This document shows, one piece after another, positions 34,182-42,343 of a stretch of 64,000 bases of DNA. The translations under genes were made by a program, and so were the position numbers. Where the stretch lies: assembly GCA_964531975.1 (NCBI GenBank), contig CAZHFU010000011.1, positions 36,233-100,232 on the forward strand. The letters are read 5' to 3'. Source of the DNA: an uncultured Anaerolinea sp. GTDB lineage: Bacteria > Chloroflexota > Anaerolineae > Anaerolineales > UBA4823. The first letter of the stretch is position 1; every line of letters begins with the position of its first letter. The notes beneath the pieces are model-generated. The model was not told where the DNA came from, made no database searches, and saw only the letters and a program-made list of their open reading frames with translations.

Positions 34182-35557
34182 TATAGGCTCCTTATCATGT
34201 CGCGCAGCGGGCCCTTGGCGGTCGGGTGCGTCAGGTCGAGGTTCACGGCTTCGATGCCGCCACTCAGGTAGTTGTTGTACTGCTCGCGCAGAAACCGGTA
34301 ATAAGGCTCAACGCTGGCGCGCACGTGGACGCGCCCGATCTCGTCGACCGAGTCGTACACGTCGCGCTGGGTGTACTTGGTAAAGCTCACGTCCAGGGTG
34401 TTGCCCGAAAAATCGTTTTTCATCACCGCCAGGCAGAACTTGCGCCAGGATGGGATGTTGAAACCGGTGGGATTTTCCAGGGGTGCGTCGTCATCCACGA
34501 TATCGGAGATGGCGTGGATAAAGCGTTTCTTGGCATACCATTCGATGGCGATGGCGAAGTTCGCCAGGTGGCGCTCGCGCACGACCTCGGGCAGGGTGGA
34601 GAGCTGAAAAAACGTGTACGACATCCAGGAGTGGCCTGCCGGCAGAAGACCGTTGTGGTAGCCCAGCAGCTTCTGCCCCGAGTAGCGCGCGCCAAAATTG
34701 ACGCCGGCAACACGGTCGAGAGCGCGGGCCCAGGTCTCGGGCTCGATTTTGGCCCACTGGTCGAGGCCGCGGCGCTGCTCGTCGCCGTAGGGCTGGCAAA
34801 TGCGCTGCTCTACCAGGGGCACGCCGGACAGGTACATGCGGTCGTAAATCCGGTTATAGCGCACACCTGCGTCGCCGATGAACTTCCACACGTCCTCTAC
34901 CCGCCAGTCGTAGATCGGGTAGAAGTTGACGATCTCCGGCCGGGCTTCGTCCATGACGGTGGACCAGGCAATCTTTTTGCCGTCCAGCCGGTAGAAAGCC
35001 TTTTTGCGTTTGCCTTTGATGGCCGTGTAGCGGTGAAACGACTCGTCGGCGCGGATGCCTACCAGCGAGGCGTAGGAGCCGGCTCCAATGCGCTGCATGT
35101 ACCAGGCCGGGAAGGCGGCTACGATCTCGTCTACCCCGAAATTCGGATCGTAGAAGGGCAGCTCGGCAGGATCAGAGATAACGCACGCGTGCGCCGGTAT
35201 GGGCCGCACCCAGATGTCCCGCTGCTGCGGGTCCCAGGTGCGCCAGTGGGGCTGGAAGACCGAGACCGCATTTCGCCACAGCAGCGGCACGCAAATCCAG
35301 ACCGGGACGACGGCTGGATCTTCCAGGATCATGGTCTCGACCTGGGTGATGGTCTCCTGGTACTGCGCTTCCGGGTCCACAAACACAGCATGGATTTGCC
35401 TGCCGCGGGCGACGGCCTCCTGCCGGGCCAGCTCAAACAGGACGGTCGAGTCCTTGCCGCCCGAGACGGAAACCACGATGGCATCGAAGCGATCGAAAAC
35501 CATCTTAATGCGCTCCCTGGCGGCGTCTAAAACGTTGGTAGTGAGATAGGTCTTCAT
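34181..35557 (-). CDS. PAPS-reductase-like PP-loop ATPase with a C-terminal extension (IbrA-like)
   Basis: VSVSGGKDSTVL PP-loop. 458 aa with a long C-terminal domain, as in IbrA (DUF3440, from memory). Confidence 0.8.
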   Translation of the reverse strand: MKTYLTTNVLDAARERIKMVFDRFDAIVVSVSGGKDSTVLFELARQEAVARGRQIHAVFVDPEAQYQETITQVETMILEDPAVVPVWICVPLLWRNAVSVFQPHWRTWDPQQRDIWVRPIPAHACVISDPAELPFYDPNFGVDEIVAAFPAWYMQRIGAGSYASLVGIRADESFHRYTAIKGKRKKAFYRLDGKKIAWSTVMDEARPEIVNFYPIYDWRVEDVWKFIGDAGVRYNRIYDRMYLSGVPLVEQRICQPYGDEQRRGLDQWAKIEPETWARALDRVAGVNFGARYSGQKLLGYHNGLLPAGHSWMSYTFFQLSTLPEVVRERHLANFAIAIEWYAKKRFIHAISDIVDDDAPLENPTGFNIPSWRKFCLAVMKNDFSGNTLDVSFTKYTQRDVYDSVDEIGRVHVRASVEPYYRFLREQYNNYLSGGIEAVNLDLTHPTAKGPLRDMIRSL

Positions 35558-36951
35558 AGGGCTTTGAGTAGTCCGTCGACGCGCCCGGACTGGCGTTTGA
35601 TCTGATCCACCTGCCGAGCGAACTCGCGCACGGCGTTCTGTTTGTGCGCCAGGGCCTTCATGATGCGCTCATCGATGGACCCAACACATACCAGGTCGAT
35701 ATAGGTCACGCGCTCCGTCTGGCCGATACGGTGACAGCGATCCTCGGCTTGGATGCGGTTGGCGTACTTGAATTCATTGCTAAAAAACACACTATAGGTC
35801 GCCTCGTTCAGGGTGAACCCGTGCCCCCCAGTGGACTGGGTGGCCACCAGGAAGCGGGCCGTCGAACGAAAGGCGGCGATCTGCCCGGCGCGCCGGCTCT
35901 CGACGATGCCGCCGTGCAGTTGAGCCACGCTCTGCTCGCCGTACCGGGCGGCCAGCTCCGACACAATGTCCTGGTGATTGACCAGGTATTTCGACCAGAT
36001 AATGACCTTTTGATCGGCGGGGATGTCTTCGATGGCAGTCATGAGCATCTCCATGCGTTGGCTGGCCAGACGCACGACCTGACCGTTTATCTTCATAAAT
36101 CCGCAGACGATCTTCTGCAGGTCGCTGAACAGCCGGAAGATGGTTGTGCCGCTGATATCCTCGTCTAGGCACGCCAGTACTCTGTCTTTAGCGGCCTGGT
36201 AGGCTTCCCACTGTTCGTAGGTCATACCGAAGCGGCGCTCGTCGTACAGCTTGGGCGGCAGGGTAACGCACTCGTCTTTTTTGACCTGGTACACATAGGG
36301 CCCGACGCATTGGGCCACGTGCTCGACGTCTAGCGTTTTGACGATCTCGCCGGGGTGATCTTCGGAGTACACCAGGTGGTTGGCTGCGAACGAGTAAAAC
36401 GACCTGTAGCCCAGGATCATGGGCGAAAGGAAACGCATCTGGGCGTACAGGTCCACGATGCCCTGGCTGATGGGCGTACCGGTGAGCACCATGCGGTAGC
36501 GTGCACGCTCGCTCATGGCGGTGATGCGCCGGGTGCGGATGGATGCGTGGCCCTTGATATACGAGCTTTCGTCAACGATCACGAAGCTTCTCTCTGTGAT
36601 GATGGAATTGGCAGCCAGCACGGCGCGGGTGCTGGCGCTCATCGATTCGATGCCGACGATGTACCAGAACACAGCGGGCACGCTGCCGCTGCGAGTGGCG
36701 TCGTCAAAGACGACCAGGTCGGAAGCGGGACTGTCGGTGTGCTTGGCGATCTCATAGGCCACGGTCTGTTTGAGACTGACCGGGCAAAACCACACCACGC
36801 GATCGATGCGGCTCTGGCGTAGGTAGGCAAACTGGATGGCCACGCGGGTCTTGCCGGTGCCCATGTCCATAAACAGGGCGCCCACGCGAGACGGCAGCAA
36901 CTTATCCACCGCCGCCTGTTGGTGCTCGAAAAGACTCGTCACGCAGTTCAT
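35554..36951 (-). CDS. SNF2-family helicase
   Basis: DMGTGKT, VIVDESS, LTGTP, STGGHGFTLNEA and QAEDRCHRIGQ motifs. Confidence 0.9.
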   Translation of the reverse strand: MNCVTSLFEHQQAAVDKLLPSRVGALFMDMGTGKTRVAIQFAYLRQSRIDRVVWFCPVSLKQTVAYEIAKHTDSPASDLVVFDDATRSGSVPAVFWYIVGIESMSASTRAVLAANSIITERSFVIVDESSYIKGHASIRTRRITAMSERARYRMVLTGTPISQGIVDLYAQMRFLSPMILGYRSFYSFAANHLVYSEDHPGEIVKTLDVEHVAQCVGPYVYQVKKDECVTLPPKLYDERRFGMTYEQWEAYQAAKDRVLACLDEDISGTTIFRLFSDLQKIVCGFMKINGQVVRLASQRMEMLMTAIEDIPADQKVIIWSKYLVNHQDIVSELAARYGEQSVAQLHGGIVESRRAGQIAAFRSTARFLVATQSTGGHGFTLNEATYSVFFSNEFKYANRIQAEDRCHRIGQTERVTYIDLVCVGSIDERIMKALAHKQNAVREFARQVDQIKRQSGRVDGLLKAL

Positions 36952-37573
36952 CGGCTATTTTCCCCGTTGGGATGATCTTCTTCGGTTTCCGGCGCGTTGC
37001 TTTGCGCTCGGGCATGGAGGTGATATCGACTACCAGGATTTGCTCGCGCTGCTGCCTGGCTGTCTCGACAAGCTTCTTAGCTCCCTCCGAAAGCGTAAAA
37101 TCGTATATCTCGGCAAAGTCCAGCACATCTTCGAAGCTGGCGGACGGCACGACAACCTCGGGAGCGCTGTAGCGCGCTCCAGCGATGCGCCGGGCCTGGG
37201 CGTAATAATCTTCATCCCGGCTCCACGAAACAGCAAACTTGTCGCCCCTGGAGCACACCCAGCGGGTTTGTTCCAGCTCATACGTGCCGTTAATGGCGGC
37301 GGTCATGGTTGGCTCATCGGGGAACTCGACCGCAAAGCCGGCTTCCAGGATCGCACGCCCGATTTCAGCCGCCCGGTGACGGGCGGCGCCGGTTTTCATG
37401 GTGGCGGAGCGATTCCAACTGCGCAGATCGTAATCCCACCTGAAACCGTACTTCCGCAGGACGGAGCGAAGGTCGTCGTGCTTTTGAGGGTTGGCAACGG
37501 AAACCTTCGCGTCGTCATATTCGATGACGGTCGGGATATTGAGTTTTGGTGAGATAGGCTTAACCTGGTACAT
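36902..37573 (-). CDS. hypothetical protein
   Basis: 223-aa ORF overlapping the SNF2 start by 50 nt. Confidence 0.5.
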   Translation of the reverse strand: MYQVKPISPKLNIPTVIEYDDAKVSVANPQKHDDLRSVLRKYGFRWDYDLRSWNRSATMKTGAARHRAAEIGRAILEAGFAVEFPDEPTMTAAINGTYELEQTRWVCSRGDKFAVSWSRDEDYYAQARRIAGARYSAPEVVVPSASFEDVLDFAEIYDFTLSEGAKKLVETARQQREQILVVDITSMPERKATRRKPKKIIPTGKIADELRDESFRAPTGGGG

Positions 37574-37862
37574 ACAGATATAACCGGCGAGGGCGGTTAT
37601 AGTTCAGGCGGCGATCAGATGTATATACGTTCCACAAACCTATCTTTTCGATCTGCGAACGAAGGTCAGCAGCCAGGATGTGATCGAGTGCTTCGATTGA
37701 ATCAAGTTGATCCCAGATGGCGGCCCTGGACAGATCGCCCCACTGGCTATCCTGGTCATATCGCAGAACGAAATACTTGGCTTCCGGGTCGATAGGCGAA
37801 CCGTCCGTCTTCTCGATCTTGTATTTCTTGTAGAACCCTCTCACATGAAGGTTATGATCCAT
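37560..37862 (-). CDS. hypothetical protein
   Basis: 100 aa, GGAGGA RBS. Confidence 0.5.
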   Translation of the reverse strand: MDHNLHVRGFYKKYKIEKTDGSPIDPEAKYFVLRYDQDSQWGDLSRAAIWDQLDSIEALDHILAADLRSQIEKIGLWNVYTSDRRLNYNRPRRLYLYVPG

Positions 37863-38065
37863 CTTCTTCCTCCCGTAGAACCGCCAGCCTTTCTTCGAGT
37901 AACGCTCTTTCCGTGGCGATATTGTGGTAATAGTCTGAATTCTGCGACCCTATAGGAGTATTCCTGTAATAGGTCACGCTCCTTGATGTCTATATTTGTC
38001 TTAGTAGAAGCCGTTGTTCTCGCGACAATCATGGATATAACTGACCGAATTCCCCGCTTACCCAT
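37841..38065 (-). CDS. small basic hypothetical protein
   Basis: The ATG overlaps the TAA of the upstream gene (GATGGGTAA). Low-GC stretch. Confidence 0.35.
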   Translation of the reverse strand: MGKRGIRSVISMIVARTTASTKTNIDIKERDLLQEYSYRVAEFRLLPQYRHGKSVTRRKAGGSTGGRRWIITFM

Positions 38066-38807
38066 CAACCACCTCCGCGGTCTCTTTCAGCACGTCCGAA
38101 ACGTAGCCGGGACTGGTTTCGGCGATGATCGCAATGGCACCCGGCGGCAGCTTCGGCCACTTCTCTCGAACGGCCAGAATTCGCTGTCGCTTTTCGGCGG
38201 CGAATATTCCGGCCAGCAGATCACCGGCAGCGGCGAAACGCTGTTCTGCGGCGGCGCGCTCGGCTTCGGCAATGCTTCGCTCTCGCTCGGCTTCACGGAG
38301 CTTGCGCTTCGCTTCGGCCAGCTCGGTCTTCGCTGCTTCAAGCGCCGGGTCGGTCTCGGCTTCGCTCTCGCTCACGTTGGAGAGCACACGGGCGAACAGC
38401 CAGGAGACCATGGGAAGCACGGCACCGAAGGAGACCTGATAGACCCCTTCTGGGATACCCCAGCGGGCGAAGATAGCCAGGCTCTGCCCGTACTCGACCG
38501 CATGGGCCAGGTTGGCCAGGGCCGACACGATCAGGGACACCAGAAGCCCCCCGGAGTAGGCGTTGATGTACTGGTATTCGATGCGCTTCCAGCGGCCCAG
38601 CCGCTTGGGGGTGGCTCCGATGTGGACAGCCAGCTTGTGAGTGAGAACGGCAATGGCCGCTTCAAAGGCCAGGCCTCCCGCCCAGCCGGTGACGGTACCG
38701 AAGGTTGTGTCAGGCTCGAACCGTCCGAACAGCCATGCGGTGTGCGGCAAAAGCACCAGAAGTAAGCAGATGTAAATGCCCCACAGGATCCGGTTAGTCC
38801 AGTTCAT
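38058..38807 (-). CDS. polytopic membrane protein with coiled-coil and a C-terminal HTH-like segment
   Basis: 4-5 TM helices, then EAAKTELAEAKRKLREAERER coiled coil, then GAIAIIAETSPGYVSDVLK. Confidence 0.6.
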   Translation of the reverse strand: MNWTNRILWGIYICLLLVLLPHTAWLFGRFEPDTTFGTVTGWAGGLAFEAAIAVLTHKLAVHIGATPKRLGRWKRIEYQYINAYSGGLLVSLIVSALANLAHAVEYGQSLAIFARWGIPEGVYQVSFGAVLPMVSWLFARVLSNVSESEAETDPALEAAKTELAEAKRKLREAERERSIAEAERAAAEQRFAAAGDLLAGIFAAEKRQRILAVREKWPKLPPGAIAIIAETSPGYVSDVLKETAEVVDG

Positions 38808-39000
38808 CTTCCGTCTCGCTTTCTACATTGGCGGCCCGGCAGCGCACCGGCTGGCGTGTCTCTAAGCCCAAATGCCGCTTTGCATACACCATCGCCAACC
38901 ACCAATCCACCGGGCCTATGATGTGCGCCTGGTCACGCAGATCGGCGGCGGTAAGGATCGTTCCAATTGCCTGATAGTCGAATTCGATGTCGTCTTCCAT
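38794..39000 (-). CDS. hypothetical protein
   Basis: 68 aa, AGGAGA RBS. Confidence 0.45.
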   Translation of the reverse strand: MEDDIEFDYQAIGTILTAADLRDQAHIIGPVDWWLAMVYAKRHLGLETRQPVRCRAANVESETEDELD

Positions 39001-39015
39001 TCGTCTCCTGTGCTT

Positions 39016-39055
39016 GCGTGCTGAAATGTGCGTGCTGGGGCGTGCTTGTGCGTGC
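39016..39055. repeat. four GCACGC (minus-strand) repeats at 14/10/10-bp spacing in an intergenic region
   Basis: GCGTGC on + at 39016, 39030, 39040 and 39050. On the - strand the flanks read CAGCACGCA twice. Confidence 0.6.
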
Positions 39056-39067
39056 CGTGTCCCAGCA

Positions 39068-40090
39068 CTATTCGTACTTCTTCGGGGTAGGGGAGAGAGT
39101 GCCGTTCATCATCTCGACACTCAGCATGTACAGCGACGGATAAGCGGGAGTTAGTTTTGTTCTACCCTGGTCAACCACTGCCCCGCCGTGCTCTTCTATC
39201 CATCGCTTCGCAGCCTGCCACGGCTCGCTGCTCCAGTGTTTCCCCTTCTGCTTGAGCATACGCCACGATGGAATGACGTTGGCATCCGGCCCCAGCACTT
39301 CGATGGCGTCGATCACCAGGGACCGGGCCAGGGCGGCGCTGTTATCAACGGTATCTTCTTCGCCCGGGTAATTCTCGATCACCGGCGCAGCATCGGCCAC
39401 GTCGATCCGGTCTCCGCTGTTCGGGATCAACCACGGCTGCCGTCGCCATTTGATGCTCGACACATCATGCGCCGGCGTCCAGGCTTCCGAACCATCCGGG
39501 TAGATCAGCAGCACCATTGGCCCGGTGGGCGTCGCCATCACACGGCGGCGGCGGTCCTGCCATTCGATGGCGGCGCTCGATAACCACCATGAGAACCGGA
39601 TCAGGGCCACGGTCAACCCCAGCCCGGCAATGCCCATCAGGGCCGATCCGACGTTGAACATAAACGACCCCCACCGCTCCGCGCGCTCGGTTGCCTGCGC
39701 TTCTGCGGTTTGTAGGGACTGTATGCGCTGCTCGGTCGCCTGGGCCGCCATGATCTGCAACCGGACGCCCTGGGTGGCTTCCAGAGCTGCGGACTGCGCC
39801 GTCGCCTGGGCCAGCATCGCCTGGGCCGCTCCGATGGTCGCCGTCGTTCGTCCGGCTGCCGATGTCGCTTGCAGCTCTAACGCCATCGCTGTGCCGCGCG
39901 CTTCCAACTGGTTCTGTCGCTCGGAAGCTGCTACGGCCTGCGCCGTCGCTTGGGCTTCGACGCTCATCGCCCGCCCGGCTGCGTCGGTGGCGGCCAGATA
40001 GCCCTCGCCCTGTGCGATAAGGCTGTGAGGATCACCACCAGCGCAACCGGTCAACAACACGATCATGAAAAAGCAAAGGTACTTTTGCAT
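39068..40090 (-). CDS. lipoprotein with Ala/Gln/Thr-rich region, internal TM segment and C-terminal globular domain
   Basis: MQKYLCFFMIVLLTG-CAGGDP lipobox. AQATAQ-type repeats. TM segment FNVGSALMGIAGLGLTVALI. Confidence 0.6.
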   Translation of the reverse strand: MQKYLCFFMIVLLTGCAGGDPHSLIAQGEGYLAATDAAGRAMSVEAQATAQAVAASERQNQLEARGTAMALELQATSAAGRTTATIGAAQAMLAQATAQSAALEATQGVRLQIMAAQATEQRIQSLQTAEAQATERAERWGSFMFNVGSALMGIAGLGLTVALIRFSWWLSSAAIEWQDRRRRVMATPTGPMVLLIYPDGSEAWTPAHDVSSIKWRRQPWLIPNSGDRIDVADAAPVIENYPGEEDTVDNSAALARSLVIDAIEVLGPDANVIPSWRMLKQKGKHWSSEPWQAAKRWIEEHGGAVVDQGRTKLTPAYPSLYMLSVEMMNGTLSPTPKKYE

Positions 40091-40201
40091 CTAAATTGCT
40101 CCCACCTCCGATAGGAATACGATGACTGCGATTACGACGATCAGGAACAGAAAGCCCTTGATGGTGAAGCCCCAATCCGTCTTTGCGGGTGCTGCACTGG
40201 T

Positions 40202-40435
40202 TTAGACCCGTTCAGTGGGCTGTTTGCAGTTCCCCATCATCGAGCGGGCGGATTCTTCGCTGACGGTCAAGCAGTACATCTCGCCGGCTTCTTCCTCCCG
40301 GCCAGAGCGGGCTTCGTTGCGGTGCACTATTGGATCGGAGCGGTTGTCCGGGAACAGATCGCTCTCTACTAAATTCATTTCGCTTTCCTGGCTGAAAAGC
40401 CCGTCAACGAATCGGTCAATGTCGTCGTATTGCAT
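40202..40435 (-). CDS. hypothetical acidic protein
   Basis: 77-aa ORF. Confidence 0.45.
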   Translation of the reverse strand: MQYDDIDRFVDGLFSQESEMNLVESDLFPDNRSDPIVHRNEARSGREEEAGEMYCLTVSEESARSMMGNCKQPTERV

Positions 40436-40438
40436 TTC

Positions 40439-40717
40439 TCACCCCAGCATGGCGTTATATTTCTTGATGGCCGCATTAGTGGCGGCTATCTCGGCATTGT
40501 AGGCTTCCCGGTAAGAAGCGCCGGTCCCATCGCAGTCGGGACAATCGACCATCTCGGCAATGCCGATGTTCAGGGGTTCAACCAATACTTCGCCAGACCC
40601 CAGACACTTGCCGCAAACGCCAAGCAGGCCTCTATCTTCCAGGTCTTTCAGGCGGGCCTTGTTGGCCAGCTTCCACTTCTCGAACGTGGGTAAACGTGGG
40701 GCAAATGGCGATTGCAT
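40439..40717 (-). CDS. small zinc-finger protein with two DnaJ-type CxxCxGxG motifs
   Basis: CGKCLGSG and CPDCDGTG. Confidence 0.55.
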   Translation of the reverse strand: MQSPFAPRLPTFEKWKLANKARLKDLEDRGLLGVCGKCLGSGEVLVEPLNIGIAEMVDCPDCDGTGASYREAYNAEIAATNAAIKKYNAMLG

Positions 40718-40767
40718 GGCTACACCTTAGAGAAAGCGGTGATCTTGGACAACTTCTGCATGGCGGC

Positions 40768-41073
40768 TTAGCGATTTGGCGCTTCGACGAAGACTTCCGG
40801 GAAGGAGCACCCGCTAATGTGGCAACTTGCCTTCCACAAAACGGATGTAAACTCTTCGGTGATGATGAGCGGATCACCGCATCCAGGGCATGAAAGTGCA
40901 GGCTCTTCGATGTCCTTATGTGCATCGCTCGCCCGCTTGAAGCGGTTCAGGATCAACGTGACGCTCAGGCCATCCGGGCCGCTGTTGACGATGCTGCCCT
41001 TAACCTGCAGGCCCAGGTTATCTCGCTCGGCGGCCCAGGCGCTGATGCTGACCTTCTGGGGTATCTCAATCAT
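40768..41073 (-). CDS. hypothetical protein with a CPGC motif
   Basis: ATG 41073 overlaps the stop of the upstream small ORF (ATGATTGA). Confidence 0.45.
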   Translation of the reverse strand: MIEIPQKVSISAWAAERDNLGLQVKGSIVNSGPDGLSVTLILNRFKRASDAHKDIEEPALSCPGCGDPLIITEEFTSVLWKASCHISGCSFPEVFVEAPNR

Positions 41074-41245
41074 CGGTGCACCGGGGCAGGTTGTAGACCT
41101 GTTCGTGACCACATCCCTGACATTTCAGGAATTCCATGCCGTTGCGAATGTGGCGAACATGCAGGCGCACCTTGAAACACTTAGGGCAGTGGCGGTTGAC
41201 CGTGCGCGCGCTCAGGCGGCGCTTGGCCAGCGTTGTCGTGGACAT
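41066..41245 (-). CDS. zinc-ribbon protein (59 aa), below the ORF-track cutoff
   Basis: MSTTTLAKRRLSARTVNRHCPKCFKVRLHVRHIRNGMEFLKCQGCGHEQVYNLPRCTDD, with CPKC...CQGC. Confidence 0.45.
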   Translation of the reverse strand: MSTTTLAKRRLSARTVNRHCPKCFKVRLHVRHIRNGMEFLKCQGCGHEQVYNLPRCTDD

Positions 41246-41275
41246 AAGCGACCTCGCTTTCTCGATTGGGTAAAG

Positions 41276-42130
41276 TTATTCGGGGGAAGTCAGATTGATG
41301 CTTACGTGACGGTTGAGCATACCCGTCACGAGCCGGATGATCGTCGATGACAGCCTGGATTGCATCCAGTCTTTGGCATAGGCGCTGGGCGCTTCGACGA
41401 TCATGGTATTCGTGTCGCCGTTGAACGAGACGCACCGCGCGCCCTTGACGAAACTGTCAAAAGCAGCCTTTGGCATCTCCAGGCGGAGCTGCTGCATTGC
41501 TGCGGCCCATGCCCCACCGGGCGTCATCGTGCTCCCTGGTACTACCGTCTCAACTGTGCCGTCAGGCAGATGGGCATATATGGGGGGTTCCCCAGAAACA
41601 TCATCTTGACGGTTCTCTGACGGTTTAACTGATTGGTTAATTGACGGTTCGGGTGACATTTTGAGCATTTTCGTGTCGTAAATGTCACCCCCTGGTGACA
41701 AAATGTCACTGGGGGGGTGACATTTTGTCACCCCCTTTTGCCCTGCTAGTGACATTTTGTCACCCCCCAGTGACAAAATGTCACTAGCATATATGGGGGG
41801 TGGTTGTGGGACGCTTTGAACTGTCTCGATAAATGGCCGGGAGAACTGGGGGAAATTCTCTGGATTGATCTTCCACATGACCGTGCTGTGACGGCTGCGG
41901 TCTCTCCCGGCGTCATCCCGGACGCGGGTCATGTACCTCTCTTTCTCCAGTATGGCAGTAATGCGGATCACCTGACGCCGGTCGTAGCCGGTCTTGCGTG
42001 CAATCAGGTCGTAAGACGGATAGACGTTCCCGCCATCGTGATCGGCATGATCGGCGTAGGCCAGAAGGACGAATTTTAGCGCCCGTGGGATGTCGGCATC
42101 CCAGACCATGCCCATGATCTTGACGCTCAT
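41276..42130 (-). CDS. replication initiator/organiser: N-terminal winged-HTH, C-terminal DnaA-N-like domain
   Basis: LKFVLLAYADHADHDGGNVYPSYDLIARKTGYDRRQV (HTH_36-like). C-terminal AWAAAMQQLRLEMPKAAFDSFVKGARCV...IVEAPSAYAKDWMQSRL (DnaA-N-like). Iterons lie in the linker. Confidence 0.7.
   Translation of the reverse strand: MSVKIMGMVWDADIPRALKFVLLAYADHADHDGGNVYPSYDLIARKTGYDRRQVIRITAILEKERYMTRVRDDAGRDRSRHSTVMWKINPENFPQFSRPFIETVQSVPQPPPIYASDILSLGGDKMSLAGQKGVTKCHPPSDILSPGGDIYDTKMLKMSPEPSINQSVKPSENRQDDVSGEPPIYAHLPDGTVETVVPGSTMTPGGAWAAAMQQLRLEMPKAAFDSFVKGARCVSFNGDTNTMIVEAPSAYAKDWMQSRLSSTIIRLVTGMLNRHVSINLTSPE
41653..41784. repeat. iteron array (putative origin of replication)
   Basis: Four full copies of GTGACA(A4 or T4)TGTCAC at 41695-41709, 41717-41731, 41749-41763 and 41770-41784. 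Degenerate copies at 41653-41662 and 41674-41688. Confidence 0.8.
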
Positions 42131-42333
42131 GGGTCTGGCTCCGGGGCTACAGCGGTTGTCTCGACCAGAAGGCAGAGCATCTTCTCAGCTCTGGGGGTTT
42201 TGGCTTCCACAACCAGGCTATCTCTGACGGCAATCTCATCACCCAGCACTTCGGTTATGGATGCGAGCGCATTGATAAATGCCGGGGTGACTTTGACACT
42301 GTCAAAAGACATTTTTACGGCTTGGGGAGACAT
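42127..42333 (-). CDS. hypothetical protein
   Basis: 68-aa ORF with an ATGA overlap into the initiator gene. Confidence 0.4.
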   Translation of the reverse strand: MSPQAVKMSFDSVKVTPAFINALASITEVLGDEIAVRDSLVVEAKTPRAEKMLCLLVETTAVAPEPDP

Positions 42334-42343
42334 GGAATTATCC

